In this document: positions 25,691 through 38,198 of the stretch, in pieces
Layout of the letters: every line of letters starts with the position of its first letter
Position numbering within the stretch: position 1 is the first letter of the stretch
NCBI RefSeq assembly: GCF_006345805.1
Contig: NC_043001.1
Coordinates: 29,822,001 to 29,886,000 of the forward strand
Direction: 5' to 3'
Origin: Octopus sinensis
Lineage: Eukaryota
DNA length: 64,000 bases
Program-made: the position numbers and the translations under genes
Notes under the pieces: model-generated
Told to the model about the DNA's origin: nothing
The model's database searches: none
Seen by the model: only the letters and a program-made list of their open reading frames with translations

Positions 25691-28600
25691 AAGGCGGCCA
25701 GCTGGCAGAATCGTTAGCACGCTGCGGTTAATTTGTCTGCGAGAATTTGGTTAGTTATTGTTATTGTTGCCATTTATTGTTAAATTTTGAATTTTTGTTA
25801 TTGTTCTACGTTCTGTTTTAACAGACGTAGTAGACTGTTGTTCCCCTCCGTAAAGAGGGGAAAATAATTTTTGGAAAAAATATTTTTGGAAAATATTTAT
25901 TTTTGTGAAATTGAATTCGGAGGACAAGTCTTCTAACCCTGACCAAGCTAACCAAAGAGCAACTGTAAAACAAAACAAAATGATCGAGAATGTGAACGAA
26001 AACCACATAAATGCAGTAAACGGGGAAAAGGAACCAAGAAGGAAAAATAAATGCTGAAAACGATAAAATGAATAACGGAAAAGTAAACCCAACAGAAGAC
26101 AACCAAAAGAAGATTAATTTTGTCACCGCAGCAGGTGTGAGAAAAAATAAATTGAACATAGAGCTAGATTCACCGCGGCAACACAAAGGTATGTTCGAAA
26201 GGGAAGGTTTTGAAGTTAAAGCCACCCTCCCTAACGAACTCATCGAAGGAACAAAGAGGAAAATAATAACATATAAGACTATGATAATAACAGACAAGAA
26301 AATAGACAAGGAATCCAAAGAACAAATCGAGAAGTGTCTACAACCCATCTTGGCAAGACATCGAGTTCTTGACCATAGGGAGAAGATACGCCACAGCTGT
26401 GGTGGACTTCAAAAACGAGGAAAAGGCTATAAAACACTCGCTCCAACCGATAAAAACCAATGAAGTCATTTTATTACTAACTTATATGGGTAGCAGAACA
26501 TCCAAAATAGTTATTGAGGAAATCGCACCAGAAATAAATGCCATCTGGATTATCTCAGACCTTCTAATGGGGTTTGAGGATAAAATCAAAATGATTGAAA
26601 CTTCCAGAATACAACAACAGTACTGGCGGGGCCAAGGGCTAGAGATCATAGTCCAAGTCCCCCCCCCCGCCCCCGACATTAGAAGAAATTGCAGAGAACA
26701 TGCACATCGGAGAAGAAGCCACCTTGCGGGTATTGGTGGAGGGCAGGAAACCCAGGTGCCACGAATGTGGCGAAAAAGGCCACATTCGGGTAAACTGCCC
26801 CACCCGCAAGGAGAAAGAAGAAGAAAAAAAGAACAAAACCAAAAGAACGACCAGCAGAACCCCGGCACTGATGGTGTTCAACGAGCCGGGGAAAAAGACG
26901 GCTGGTCGGTAGTAAGACGCCAAAAAGGGAAAAATAATAACAACAGATCCAACCCTACAACAACCAAAAGAAAAACTCAGGATACTCAGAGAAAAATGAC
27001 CCCACCCCACCACTATTCCCCCACCCCAAGTCAAAAATATCAGATTCCTCCCCATCCTATTCCCCCTTGGCGATGATTCCCCTCCCCCTTGCTCCTCTGG
27101 TTCGGATTTCCTCCCTCTCCCAGACATCACTCCTCACCCGCCAAACCCAGGCAATCTGTCCCCGATATCAAGTTCAAGAAAATCTAACGAATGTAAGGAA
27201 ATACTAACTGCAATAAACAATGATAACGAACAATTAAAAAAAAAGGTTAAAGCAAATACCAACGGCGTCAATTTACAAACATCACCATAAGACTCCAGAA
27301 AATATTGCCATTTATAAAATAGATAAAATGAACTATAACATTTTTAAAAACTACCACCCAACTGACATGGGTCCTCCAAGACTTGATTTTAGCAAGTCGA
27401 TGTACGAGGACCTATGCCAGAATATCACCCGACGAACCAGTGAAAAAGAGAGTACCATTGACTAAGGTAAGTCCACGTCAAGCATTCATGTTGGATGTAT
27501 AAATGTGCGTGGCCTGACGTCTAGTTGGAAGCATGGACGCCTCCTAAATGACGTCAGGTCACGGGATTTAGATGTTGTTGTTGCTACAGAAACACTGTTG
27601 AAGGGGCCGAGAGATCTGCTACCGCTGTTTGACGGTTACGAGAGTTTCATCTCTCCGTGCTGTCCTCTTAGCGGGAGCGGGGTGTTGATCCTCTTAAAAA
27701 AACCGTGTTTCTGAGAAAAGGTTGATTTTTACAAATCCAGAAGATAGGCTGGTAGTCATTGACTTGACGTTCAGTCGTTGTAAGACTGTCAGACCGGTTG
27801 CAATTTATACACCTCAAGATACGGGGCAAACTGAATATTATCGGAACCTAGAGAAGTTTCTTGGTACATCACATCCCTTAGTTGTGCTAGGAGACTATAA
27901 TACAATCTGTGATGCACACGTAGATTATGTTGGCTCGTGTGTTAATAGGAGAAGCAATGCTTGCTTCCAGGTACTACTAAGACGTTTTGACATGGGCAAA
28001 TAGCGACGGATCTTCCAGGTCTTATCTAGATAGAGTATTAGTTAGAAAAGTAGATAAGAACTTAGCTAGGTGTCCACAATTTCACATGGTCAACAACAGT
28101 GATCACAAGATGGTCACCTGTAATCTCGAAATAGATAAGTTATATAGAGGTCCCGACTACTGGAAACTTAATACGTCCCTTTTGGCGATTAATGAGTACA
28201 GAGACCGGATTAAGATGTTAATTCAAAGGGCATTAAGCGGATCCATTATTAACAACAAATGGTGGTATGCCTTCAAGCGAGCCATTAAATATGAGTCTAT
28301 GAGATATAGCATAGGTTTAGTGACTAGAGAGGTTAGAGAGGCTAGAAGGGAATCAGCTCTAGTTAAGGACTTAGAGGAAGCAATGCGAACTTTGCGGCTC
28401 AGGTGAAGGCCAAGAGACTGGTGTTAAACCAGCACATCAAAGCCAAACACACGAGTTGCATTGTCAGGGCGTACATAACATGCAGTGGGTTGCGAGGGAA
28501 TCAATGCTGCGGTATGGGCCCGAATGGAAGCCCAACGTGACAATGATGCCACAATTCGATCTTTGACGAACCAACAAAGGTAAGTTGATAGACGACCCCG

Positions 28601-31160
28601 AGGAGATGTGTGAGAGCTTTCAGGACCACTTCGCCCAGCTTTTCGTGGGGGGGGGGGGAGTGTGGGAAGGACTAACGGATTTTCTCGCCGATATTCCACG
28701 CCTCTCGGGGCAGGATGCGAGGTGTAGTGAGGGGCCGATCATGCCTGAGAAGATAAAAGAGATTATGTCGGGGAGGGGTGACGCTCGTCAGAAAGGACCC
28801 GAACAAGAGCGATGTCATTGATAATTTTAGGCTCATCACTCTGCTCAACGCAGAGCTGAAGATTTTGGCCAAAGTGGTATCGAAAGATTGGCGCGTGTTG
28901 CGGATGGGCTGATTGGGGGAGCACAGACATGTGCTATCCCTGGCAGATCCATTCAGGATAATCTCCATCTTATACGATACACTAAAGAGGAAATTAATAA
29001 CGATTCCGGCTAGGGAGGAGCAGTGGTCCATTTAGACCAATCAAAAGCTTTTAATAGAGTTGACCATCACTACCTGGTGTCCGTTCTGGCACAGTTCGGC
29101 CTGGGGTCTTGGCTTCCTCAGGTGGATCGTTCAAATGTATAATAGCATTGACTCGGTAGTTCGGGTGAACGGCATTCTTTCTAAGCCGTTCTACGTCAAA
29201 TGCTCGGTTCGTCAAGGATGTCTGCTCTACCCACTTTTGTATGTGATGGCTCTTGAGCCATTGCTGCGAAAGCTGAGTGACATTCCGAGACAGCCAAGTT
29301 GTAAGATGTCGGTTTCTGCCTACGCGGATGACATCACCATCATCGTGACCAAAATGGTTCACCTACAGAGGGTAAGCAAGGCCATTGAAAAATATGAGAC
29401 TGTAGCAGGAGCAGAAGTTAATCGTGAAAAGTCTTTCGGCTTGCAGCTCAGCATCTGGAGAGGCAAGTCGATACCTTCTGACAGCGTCGTGGGACGTTGA
29501 ACGGAGGGTCCGATTAATTTGCTAGGAGTTTGGTTCGTACCAGACCTCCAAATAGAGAATTGAACCGAGGTATCGAGCAGGATGACCCACATTACCAAGA
29601 CCTGGTCTAGGCGGTGGTTGATCAAGCTGGAAAGACAGCTTCTTGTGGCAGGGCTTGAAACCGATTGTGAGACAATCTATTTGCTGTCAACAACCGTTAA
29701 AGGGTAGGTTAGGGATGCCTTGACTATTGATGCGCAGACATGCGCCGAGGCTGAGGCACCTGTGACTCTACCTGGATGGGAAACGGTTGTGGTCTTCGCT
29801 GGCGAAGCAGATGCTTCCCAGGTTCACTAGTTTCGGTGGACGGGAAACCTGGTTCAATCGAAGTCGGGTACATAGTATACGGAGTGTCGCAAGGCACTCC
29901 TGCTTTTCCGTTGCTCGGGCAATGCATGTGGTAGTGGTTCCACCGCTGTCTTTTATAGAGGGTTTGTAGAAGCGGAATGTGATGATGCATTGGGGGAGAC
30001 CCTAGGTTTTGACGATAATCAGCTGGCCAGTCTGTTCCAACGTACATTCAGGCCGAAGACCCTGGATAATTCCAGAAGTCTTTGGCATAGCAGTGTTACC
30101 GCGGAGCCTTACCTGTCCAGGCTAAACTCTCAAGGCACGATAGCCGAGACATTCCGATCTGTCCAAGATGTGGGCGGGACAAGGAAACCGTCCCGCACGC
30201 TATCGTTCAGTGCCCGGAAATGTCTGACGTGTGGATTTATGTCGAACAACTGATGTCAGGTGGAGGAAGAGTACAGCTGTCGATTGAATCTATAGTGAAA
30301 ATTCACTCACCGGATTTCTTAACGAAAGAAGATAAGAATTGTTTTCTTTCTGAAGTAGCAACTGCGAGAGGGATTATACGGAGGACAAGAATGAAATGAA
30401 TAAGGTCAGGCACCTTCATCTTTGGCCCTAATCTGGTGAATTTTTTTCATCTTCCACCTAAAAAGGCAAATAGGGCTGGAGAGGACATGTTTGCCTGAAG
30501 ACATGTTTGGAAAAAGGTGGAAGAATATCGCACGAATGTTGGGCATGAAAGGCCCCGCGTGAAACCCAGGTCAGTGGTAAGGTGGGGGTTCATGGGATCC
30601 ATTATAAACCCGCCTCCACTCCATCTGTTGTGTCTTATTGTGTCCTATCATCATTCCGTATTATATATAATGTATTTAGAATTTTTAAAAGGACCCCAAT
30701 CGCATTTCATGTAAAACCATTCGATTTCATTGTGCTGTCCCTTCTATGTATGTCCTTATGGATAATAAAAAATTAAGAATCGTTAGCACGCCGGGCGAAA
30801 TGTTTAGCGGTACTTCATCTGCCGTTAGGGTTTTGAGTTCGAAATCCGCCGAGGTCGACTTTGCCTTTCATCCTTTTGGGGTCGATAAATAAAGTACCAG
30901 TTACGCACTGGGGTCGATGTAATTGACTTAATCCCTTTGTCTGTCCTTGTTTGTTCCCTCTGTTTGGCCCCTTGTGGGCAATAAAGAAATAGGTACTTCG
31001 TCTGCCGTTAGGGTTTTGAGTTCGAAATCCGCCGAGGTCGACTTTGCCTTTCATCCTTTCGGGGTTGATAAAATTAGTACCAGTTACGTACTGGTGTCGA
31101 TGTAATCAATTTAATCTCTTCCCTCAAAATTTGAGGTCTTGTGCTTCCAGTAGAAAGGAT
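25691..31160 (+). mobile_element. SINE B dimer (B1+B2) split by the Tx1 insertion (head 25691-25722; remainder 30776-31160)
   Basis: Removing the Tx1 element and one TSD copy restores AAGGCGGCCAGCTGGCAGAATCGTTAGCACGCCGGGCGAAATG... Confidence 0.85.
25723..30775 (+). mobile_element. Near full-length, decayed Tx1-clade LINE (ORF1 gag-like CCHC; ORF2 APE endonuclease + RT) with 16-bp TSD
   Basis: ORF1 knuckle CHECGEKGHIRVNC. APE start IHVGCINVRGL...VATET. RT motifs LDQSKAFNRVDH, VRQGCLLYPLLY and YADD (29321-29332). Many stops and frameshifts. TSD AGAATCGTTAGCACGC at 25707-25722 and 30776-30791. Confidence 0.93.
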
Positions 31161-31254
31161 TTATTAAAGTTGAAAAAGTCTGACACACTGACATTCACAT
31201 TTATTATATTGCTTAAGTTTGGGGAAACTTTATTTCAATTAAAGTGAATTTCTC

Positions 31255-31296
<42 letters not shown>

Positions 31297-31694
31297 GAAA
31301 GAAAAAATAAAACAAAAATGAGTGTTCAGTATGTTGGTGACAGGAATTTCTGTCAAACAGACATGGTTAATCAAAGTTGTACATCCTCTTCCTCTTTCAT
31401 ATACTCAGTCTTTCACTGTCTTCTATTATTACTACCACTGCCACCATCAATACTACTACTTTTAATAAAACATCAACTCTCCCTAAATTTCTTTGTCTCT
31501 CTTTCTCTCCCTCCCTTTTTCCTTCTCCCCTCTCTCTCTCTCTCTGTCTTCGCCACTGCCCTCACCGTCTCTATGCCTATTATTACTCTCACCCATCATG
31601 AGGAATAGTAGGAGTGTCATTGAATAGTGAGAGAGGGAGTCTAAGTGTGACACACACTGACAGACAAATTAGTTTTCGCATTTATTATATTAGA

Positions 31695-31912
31695 TGTATG
31701 TATGTATGTATGTATGAATGTATGTATGTATGTATGTATGTATGTATGTATGTATGTATGTATGTATGTATGTATGTATGTATGTATGTATGTATGTATG
31801 TATGTATGTATTATGTATGTATGTATGTATGTATGTATGCATGTATGTATGTATGTATGCATGTGTGTATGTATGTATGTATGTATGTATGTATGTATGT
31901 ATGTATGTATGT
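31695..31912. repeat. (GTAT)n microsatellite
   Basis: Direct. Similar tracts at 1-48 and 24937-25015. Confidence 0.95.
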
Positions 31913-32443
31913 GTAAAAAGTTTTTGCCTTCTTAGAGGAATTAAGAAGGCAAACACTTCTCTCTGGCCATATCAAAACGAAACTGCATTAGATATAAATT
32001 GACAATTAAGTTATTTTGGAATTTATCAACAACGTTTGAATGTAAGCACGATGATGAGGAGTAACCCGTGCTGGTCTCAAGCAGTAAACGATAGAGTAAA
32101 AAGCTCATGTAATCGAATTATTATGATTTCTTTAAAACATTTCGTATACCACACTTGTATCATAGTGGATAATATTTATTAGCGATAGAGGCAATATTAA
32201 TGATGCATACCGAGAGGTAATATTTATCCCCAGTTAAACGTGGATGTTCTGTAAGATCTACGTATGTTCTGTTAGAACTGCGGTGATTACCATGAGAGAA
32301 ACTCATATTGGCAATGCATCAAAAGCCAATATGAAAGTTTCTCTCATTTTCATTACCACAGTATAGTTTGTTCTAACAGTACATCCATGTTTAAGTGGGG
32401 ATAAATACATAGAACATAAATGTAGTAGTATATGATGCGGTAT

Positions 32444-34589
32444 AAGGCGGTGAGCTGGCAGAATCGTTAGCACGCCGGGCGAAATGCTTAGTGGTATTTC
32501 ATCTGCCGTTATGTTCTGAGTTCAAATTCCGCCGAGGTCGACTTTGCCTTTCATCCTTTCGGGGTCGATTAAATAAGTACCAGTTACGCAATAGGCTCGA
32601 TGTAATCGACTTAATCCGTTTGTCTGTCCTTGTTTGTCCCCTCTGTGTTTAGCCCCTTGTTGGTAGTAAAGAAATAGGTATTTCGACGGCCGTTACGTTC
32701 TGAGTTCAAATTCCGCCGAGGTCGACTTTGCCTTTCATCCTTTCGGGGTCGATTAAATAAGTACCAGTTACGCACTGGGGTCGCTATAATCGACTTAATC
32801 CGTTTGTCTGTCCTTGTTTGTTCCCTCTGTGTGTAGCCCCTTGTGGGTAGTAAAGAAATATATACTGTGTATTACAGATTGATTTTGTTGTTCTTTGTGC
32901 TGCGTTTGCAGCAGTTTTTGAGTTGTTGTGCTGTCTCTCGGTAGTACTGAGAGATGGCAGGGGGAAGTTGTGTATATTCGGATCTAAGCGAAACTGAGTT
33001 GTCCTCTTCGGAGGAAGAACTGATTAAGGCAGTAAAGATGTTGGACGCATATCTGGAAAAGAAAAGTTTTGCAGAGGCAACCGAGATGAGAAGGAAGAAA
33101 ATAAACCTGGCAAATATGGAAAGAGACAGTAGAATGGCTGTAAAGGTGGGGAACGACGTGAGGTTGTCCCCACGACAGACAAGGATGGAGGAAATCCAAA
33201 AGAAGATGGTAAAGTACAAAGTTTACTCAGTTGAGAAAAAGAGAGTCGACCACATGGAGGAGAAAGTGATAGACAAGGCGCTGATGACAGTCTGAGCAGA
33301 TATTACCTACCTGGCCAGAGGAAGCAAGTTCGGGACGATTATCGTTCATTATAAAACAGAGGAAAGAGCCCAAGCTGCCAAAGTGTTAAAAACGGAAAAG
33401 GTACTCCTCTTGCCGTCTTACATGGGCAAGAGGATTGCCAAAATCAAAGTGGAAGGGATTCCTCCTGAAATCGATGCGGCTTGGGTGGTGGCGACTCTCT
33501 TTATTGAAAGAGAAAAAAAGGTGAAAGTAATTCAAGCGGATGTGATGGAAGGAGCAACATGGAAGGGGCAAAAACATCGAAATTACCGAGAACCTGTGGA
33601 TTGGGGATTTGATCCTGAAAGTGTGGATGGAGGGCAGGATTCCTCGCTGTTTTAAATGTGGCCAGAAAGGCAACATAAAAGTGAACTGCCCTCCACCACC
33701 CAAAATGGTAGAAGAGCGACAACCACCATCACAGGAGAGGATTCAAGAAGTAGAAAGAGAAACTCCAGTATTAGAAGATAGAGAATGGGAAATAGCCGGA
33801 AAATAGCCGGGAAAAGAAAAAAAAAGAAAAAGAAAGTAAGTACTTGTGAACCCCCAACCCACCTAGTGCCCTCCCTCTCCCTATTCACCACACCCTCCCC
33901 ACGCAGACACCAAACCTACCCATTCCCCTCCAACAACAAAACAGAAAAAAAATGCAAACACACATGATGTAGATATGGCTCCCTCTCCCCCTGCTTGTTT
34001 TGCTTGCGTTTTGTATGCGGACGCGGAGGGTGACGCTGTAAACCGGGGGAGCGAGTGGAATTCTGGGGTGAAGATGGTGATCCTATGATATGTCAATTGT
34101 TAAATAAGGCACACATGGAGATGGTAAAAAAGTATGATAAGGGTATTGAGTTGTGGAAGGTGGTCGGGGAAAGAGAGCAATTGCCAAAACAGACTTGGTA
34201 TATCGAACTAAAAAATGACTACAATATTGAACTGCTGAATTTTAGATTAGTATGATTGAACGGCAAAACGGTTTCGATGTAACCACTCGACTTCGGGGGT
34301 CGAGTGGGCATTCCGCCTCATTATATTATCTTTTTCATGAATCATTCGTTTCTTTTAATTTTGCTTCTTTTTTTATGTCTCCTTTTTATAATTTTAGTTC
34401 CCCTGGTGGGTAATAAAGAAATCGGTATTTCATGTCTTTACGTTCTGAGTTCAAATTCCGCCGAGGTCGACTTTGCCTTTCATCCTTTCGGGGTCGATAA
34501 ATTAAGTACTAGTTGCGTACTGGGGTCGATCTAATCGACTGGCCCCCTCCCCAAAAATTTCGAGCCTTGTGCCTAGAGTAGAAAAGAAG
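32444..34589 (+). mobile_element. SINE B array (B1, B1, [Tx1 derivative], B2) with diverged 14-bp flanking TSD
   Basis: ATATGATGCGGTAT (32430-32443) and ATATAATGCAGTAT (34590-34603) flank the whole composite. Confidence 0.8.
32861..34422 (+). mobile_element. ORF1-only Tx1 derivative (ORF2 almost wholly absent)
   Basis: ORF1 remnants are homologous to the 25.7-kb element (LLLPSYMGKRIAKIKVEGIPPEIDAAW; CFKCGQKGNIKVNC). About 165 bp of 3' sequence follows, ending TTTAGTTCCCCTGGTGGGTAATAAAGAAAT. Confidence 0.8.
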
Positions 34590-34946
34590 ATATAATGCAG
34601 TATATGAAATATTAGCAACTATCAGAAAGCATCACATATTTTTTTAATAAGTTTGAAATTCATCTTTTAGTGTTTTTAATGAAGCTTAGTTTTGAACTTT
34701 CGATGTGCATGTTTACAACTAAACTTAGAGCAAATGACTGAAAATATTTCTGAAAAGTAAACTTGACTTTTTCGATAACTAAGCTCCACTACCCTTCATT
34801 AAAAAACAAAGAAGGCAGAACTAGTTTGCATGAAAATATCGTATGTTATGAAATAAAAAGATTCGGAATTGTATTAAAAAAAAAAAAAAAGACAATAAGA
34901 GGGAGACAGAAACAGCAGAATAAGCTCCGCAACAGAACAATCTTCA

Positions 34947-35798
34947 ATGAGTGCCTTGCAATTGCTACGCTCTTTTTCAGCGAGAATACCTTCTGATACT
35001 ACGACATGCTGTCTGACGACGATACTTAGATATGATACAGATATCATAGCAGTTGACTACTCTAATAAAAAATTAAAGACGTTCTGCGAAGAAGGTGTAT
35101 GTTTAAGTGTGTTAAATCTACAGTCGTCTCCAAGAAGGGCATGCGTTACACCTGAAGGAGAAATTGTAGTGACGTTACAAGGAGAATATATGATTATGTT
35201 TCTCGTGAAATTTGGACACCAACTTTTTCCTTCGCTTGACATTCCCACAGCAAAAGACTATGCTCTCATTGAAGCTGTTGATAATTCATTAATCTGTGGT
35301 AAATGTGGTTGTCCAGGCTACATAGACGTCATCGATTACAGGGGTCATGTGTTACACAGCTTCTCCGCATTCTCATCAAATGGTCTCCGTATTTCATTTC
35401 CCTCTTATCTAGCTGTGCATCCGTTAGGTGATCTTCTCCTCAGTGAAGTACGAAGCGATGGCTACCAGGCATTAATTCGCTGCAATCTAAGTGGTGATAT
35501 AAAATTCTTTTACCAAGGAGCTAAAAAAACTTTGAAATGTCCTTCTGGCGTTTCTGTAGATAAAAATGGTTATATCTATGTAGCCTGTAGAATGCAAAAC
35601 CAAATCTATTGCCTTACGTCAGCGGGTAGACTTCATTATGTTCTAAAAACGAAACCAAACGCGATTTCGAATCCTGGATCTATTTTTGTAACTCCTGATG
35701 GATCAACGCTCATTTTAGCAGAATTTGGGTCAGAAAATGTGAAAGTGTTTGATATACAGTCTGTCGATGACTATATAACGGATGTGGATTCCTGTTAA
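34947..35798 (+). CDS. NHL-repeat / six-bladed beta-propeller protein (TRIM-NHL C-terminal type domain); single-exon gene or terminal exon
   Basis: Uninterrupted 283-aa ORF of normal complexity with repeated blade motifs (IIAVDYSNKKLKTF, PRRACVTPEGEIVV, PSYLAVHPLGDLLLSE, PSGVSVDKNGYIYVAC, PGSIFVTPDGSTLILAE). In-frame stop at 34896-34898 upstream. AATAAA downstream. Confidence 0.82.
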   Translation: MSALQLLRSFSARIPSDTTTCCLTTILRYDTDIIAVDYSNKKLKTFCEEGVCLSVLNLQSSPRRACVTPEGEIVVTLQGEYMIMFLVKFGHQLFPSLDIPTAKDYALIEAVDNSLICGKCGCPGYIDVIDYRGHVLHSFSAFSSNGLRISFPSYLAVHPLGDLLLSEVRSDGYQALIRCNLSGDIKFFYQGAKKTLKCPSGVSVDKNGYIYVACRMQNQIYCLTSAGRLHYVLKTKPNAISNPGSIFVTPDGSTLILAEFGSENVKVFDIQSVDDYITDVDSC

Positions 35799-35914
35799 CA
35801 GAACAACTCTTTAAACAAGGTCCGTAGGACTTTCAGCTCTGTTTTAATACAAATTCATTTCTTAAAATTCATTTTTATTTGCATTGTAGTATTTATAAGA
35901 CATATCGATGTTTA

Positions 35915-35920
35915 AATAAA
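35915..35920 (+). terminator. Candidate polyadenylation signal of the NHL gene
   Basis: AATAAA about 117 nt after the stop codon, followed by a T-rich tract (cgtttttttatat). Confidence 0.55.
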
Positions 35921-38198
35921 CGTTTTTTTATATAAATATATAAAATTTAATCTGAATTTTAAATTAAACCTTTTAAAATTTAATATTTGACTACGCTTAA
36001 AACGACTGATTTAATCTACCGATTATCTTAATTATATGTATTAAAGATTTATTGTTGAAACATAGTACTCGCGATATCTAAAAACTAAGCTTTGTTTTAT
36101 TTATTTATTTATTTGTTTCGTTTTTTTTTTTATCACAAGTAAATCGAAAATAAACTTGATGAGCTAAAATTGACCGTGTAATTGTCTTAAATTTAGTCGC
36201 CTGAATATATTTTGCGTTTAAAGGTCTTGTACAATAATTCAAGTATTTCGCATTAAATATTTTTTTCGTGGAAAATGTTAGACAATTATATTTTTCTCTT
36301 TACGACTGTATGGTTATTGCGACGCGAAATATCTGAGCAAAATATTTCGTAGTTTCTGGTCAACTGGTGACATGAGTGAATTTCCGTTGAGGAATGCATT
36401 TCAAGTAAAATTACATATATGTGATATACAGTAGTAATAGCACGCTAACATGTGCTGTAACATTGCATCGCTTCATCCACCATTCATTGGTGATTACCTG
36501 CCACTCCAGGCAGATGATGCCTTTGTACCACTCGGGCGACAGCTCCACCAACATGGGTTTGTTTGGGCGGTTATTATTGGTTGGGGTGTAAATACTACCA
36601 CAACGTCTTTTAGTTGCGTTTCACGACATGCAGAGGAAATGTTGGGTCTAGTCTTTGACATGCCGACCCACACACAATACACGAATGTAATATGTATCTT
36701 ATGTACGATAGTGTGTGTGTGTGTATATATAGTTGGAATTTACAAAAAAAAAAGACGAAGACAGGTGTGTAAACAACAAACAGGTGTATTAGTTTAACGC
36801 TCGGGAAGGTGAGAAAGTCTTTTACGTTTCGAGCCTACGCTCTTCAACAGAAAGGAACTCGATAAAATAGAGGAAAAAAAGCTTTAGTGGCCAGCGGTCA
36901 ATCATGGAGATATGTGTGTGTGTGTGTGTGTGTATTATGCAATATATTATGAGTTACTGCTGACCTGTTCAGCCATCTCGCTTGGGCGTTTACCTTCAGC
37001 CCTGGGTTCGCCTTATTTCCCCACCGTTTGTTCTTTTTTTTTTTCGTCTACCTTTCTTTTTCTCTTAATCAAATCCTGTAGGATATGCGTCCTGCCTTAA
37101 TGCTGTATCAGTTGTAAGGCTTTATCTCTCTGTGTGTGTGTGTGTGTGTGTCGTTTTTCTTTTGTTTGTTTTCGTGATCGTCCTTTACGTTTGCTCACTT
37201 AACTTAAATTTCAGCTATAGTTGTCTGCTGTACTGAGCCAACGCGCCCTATAACGGCTGTCTGGGAATTCTGTTGCCATCCGTCCGCTTTACATGTCCAT
37301 AAAGCAAGATGGAATGAACAGGTTTTAATCACAAAAATTGTTTCTCTGCATTGATAACAGCTGTTACTTGTTAATTTTCTATATCACACTATAACATAAA
37401 ATATTAGATAAATAATATGGATAAGAGGATGACCACGCGTCTGTTCAAGAAAAAACATTTGCAAACGATACCGAATAATTCTAGTCTATCTCTAAATATC
37501 TTTGTTAATCTAGCTTCATAAAAGACATTTATGAAAGAATATTAATTAAAAAGAAAAAAACAATTTAGATTTGGTTAATTTGAATTTGTACGTTTGATTT
37601 TTATTTGCATTGACTAATTTTGGTCCATTTTGTAATGCATACTTTCAATTTTTACTGCCATTACTTTATTTGGTACTTTTACAACTTACGTTTATTTAAA
37701 TCCTATAAATTACTCAGGGTAGGGAGATGCTAAAAATACAACAGGTATAACATGATGCGAAATTGAACATGAACCGGCAGCACTATCAAAGCCACTCACC
37801 TGACGACGTGCCTGTTCACAACAGCTACAGGATCGTATTCACGTTATTATTTATGATGTAATAGAATATGGAATACTCAGCTACTAACAGCTGTTATCAA
37901 TGTACAGACACAATTGTGATTAAACCATGTTCATTCCATCTTGTTTTATGTTTATATTTTGCATATACTAACAGATTTCCACATGTATATCCAATAAAAG
38001 GAGTAATCTTGCTATATAATACCATACGATAGCTGATAACTGTATAGGAGCTTTGGAGGTTATTACCCAGACACACACACACGTCTGTGTGTGCGCGCGC
38101 AAGCGCAGAAGTTGATTCACGCTTATTTCAGCATTGCACATTACTTTTCTCGCTTAATATTCTTTTCTACCAGTGGCCAATTAAAAAAAGAAATATTC

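Noticed and set aside
26482-29625. Minus-strand ORFs overlapping the Tx1 element (e.g. 26482-26868, 28672-29031, 29051-29362)
   Set aside because: They are antisense shadows of the LINE ORFs with no recognisable domains.
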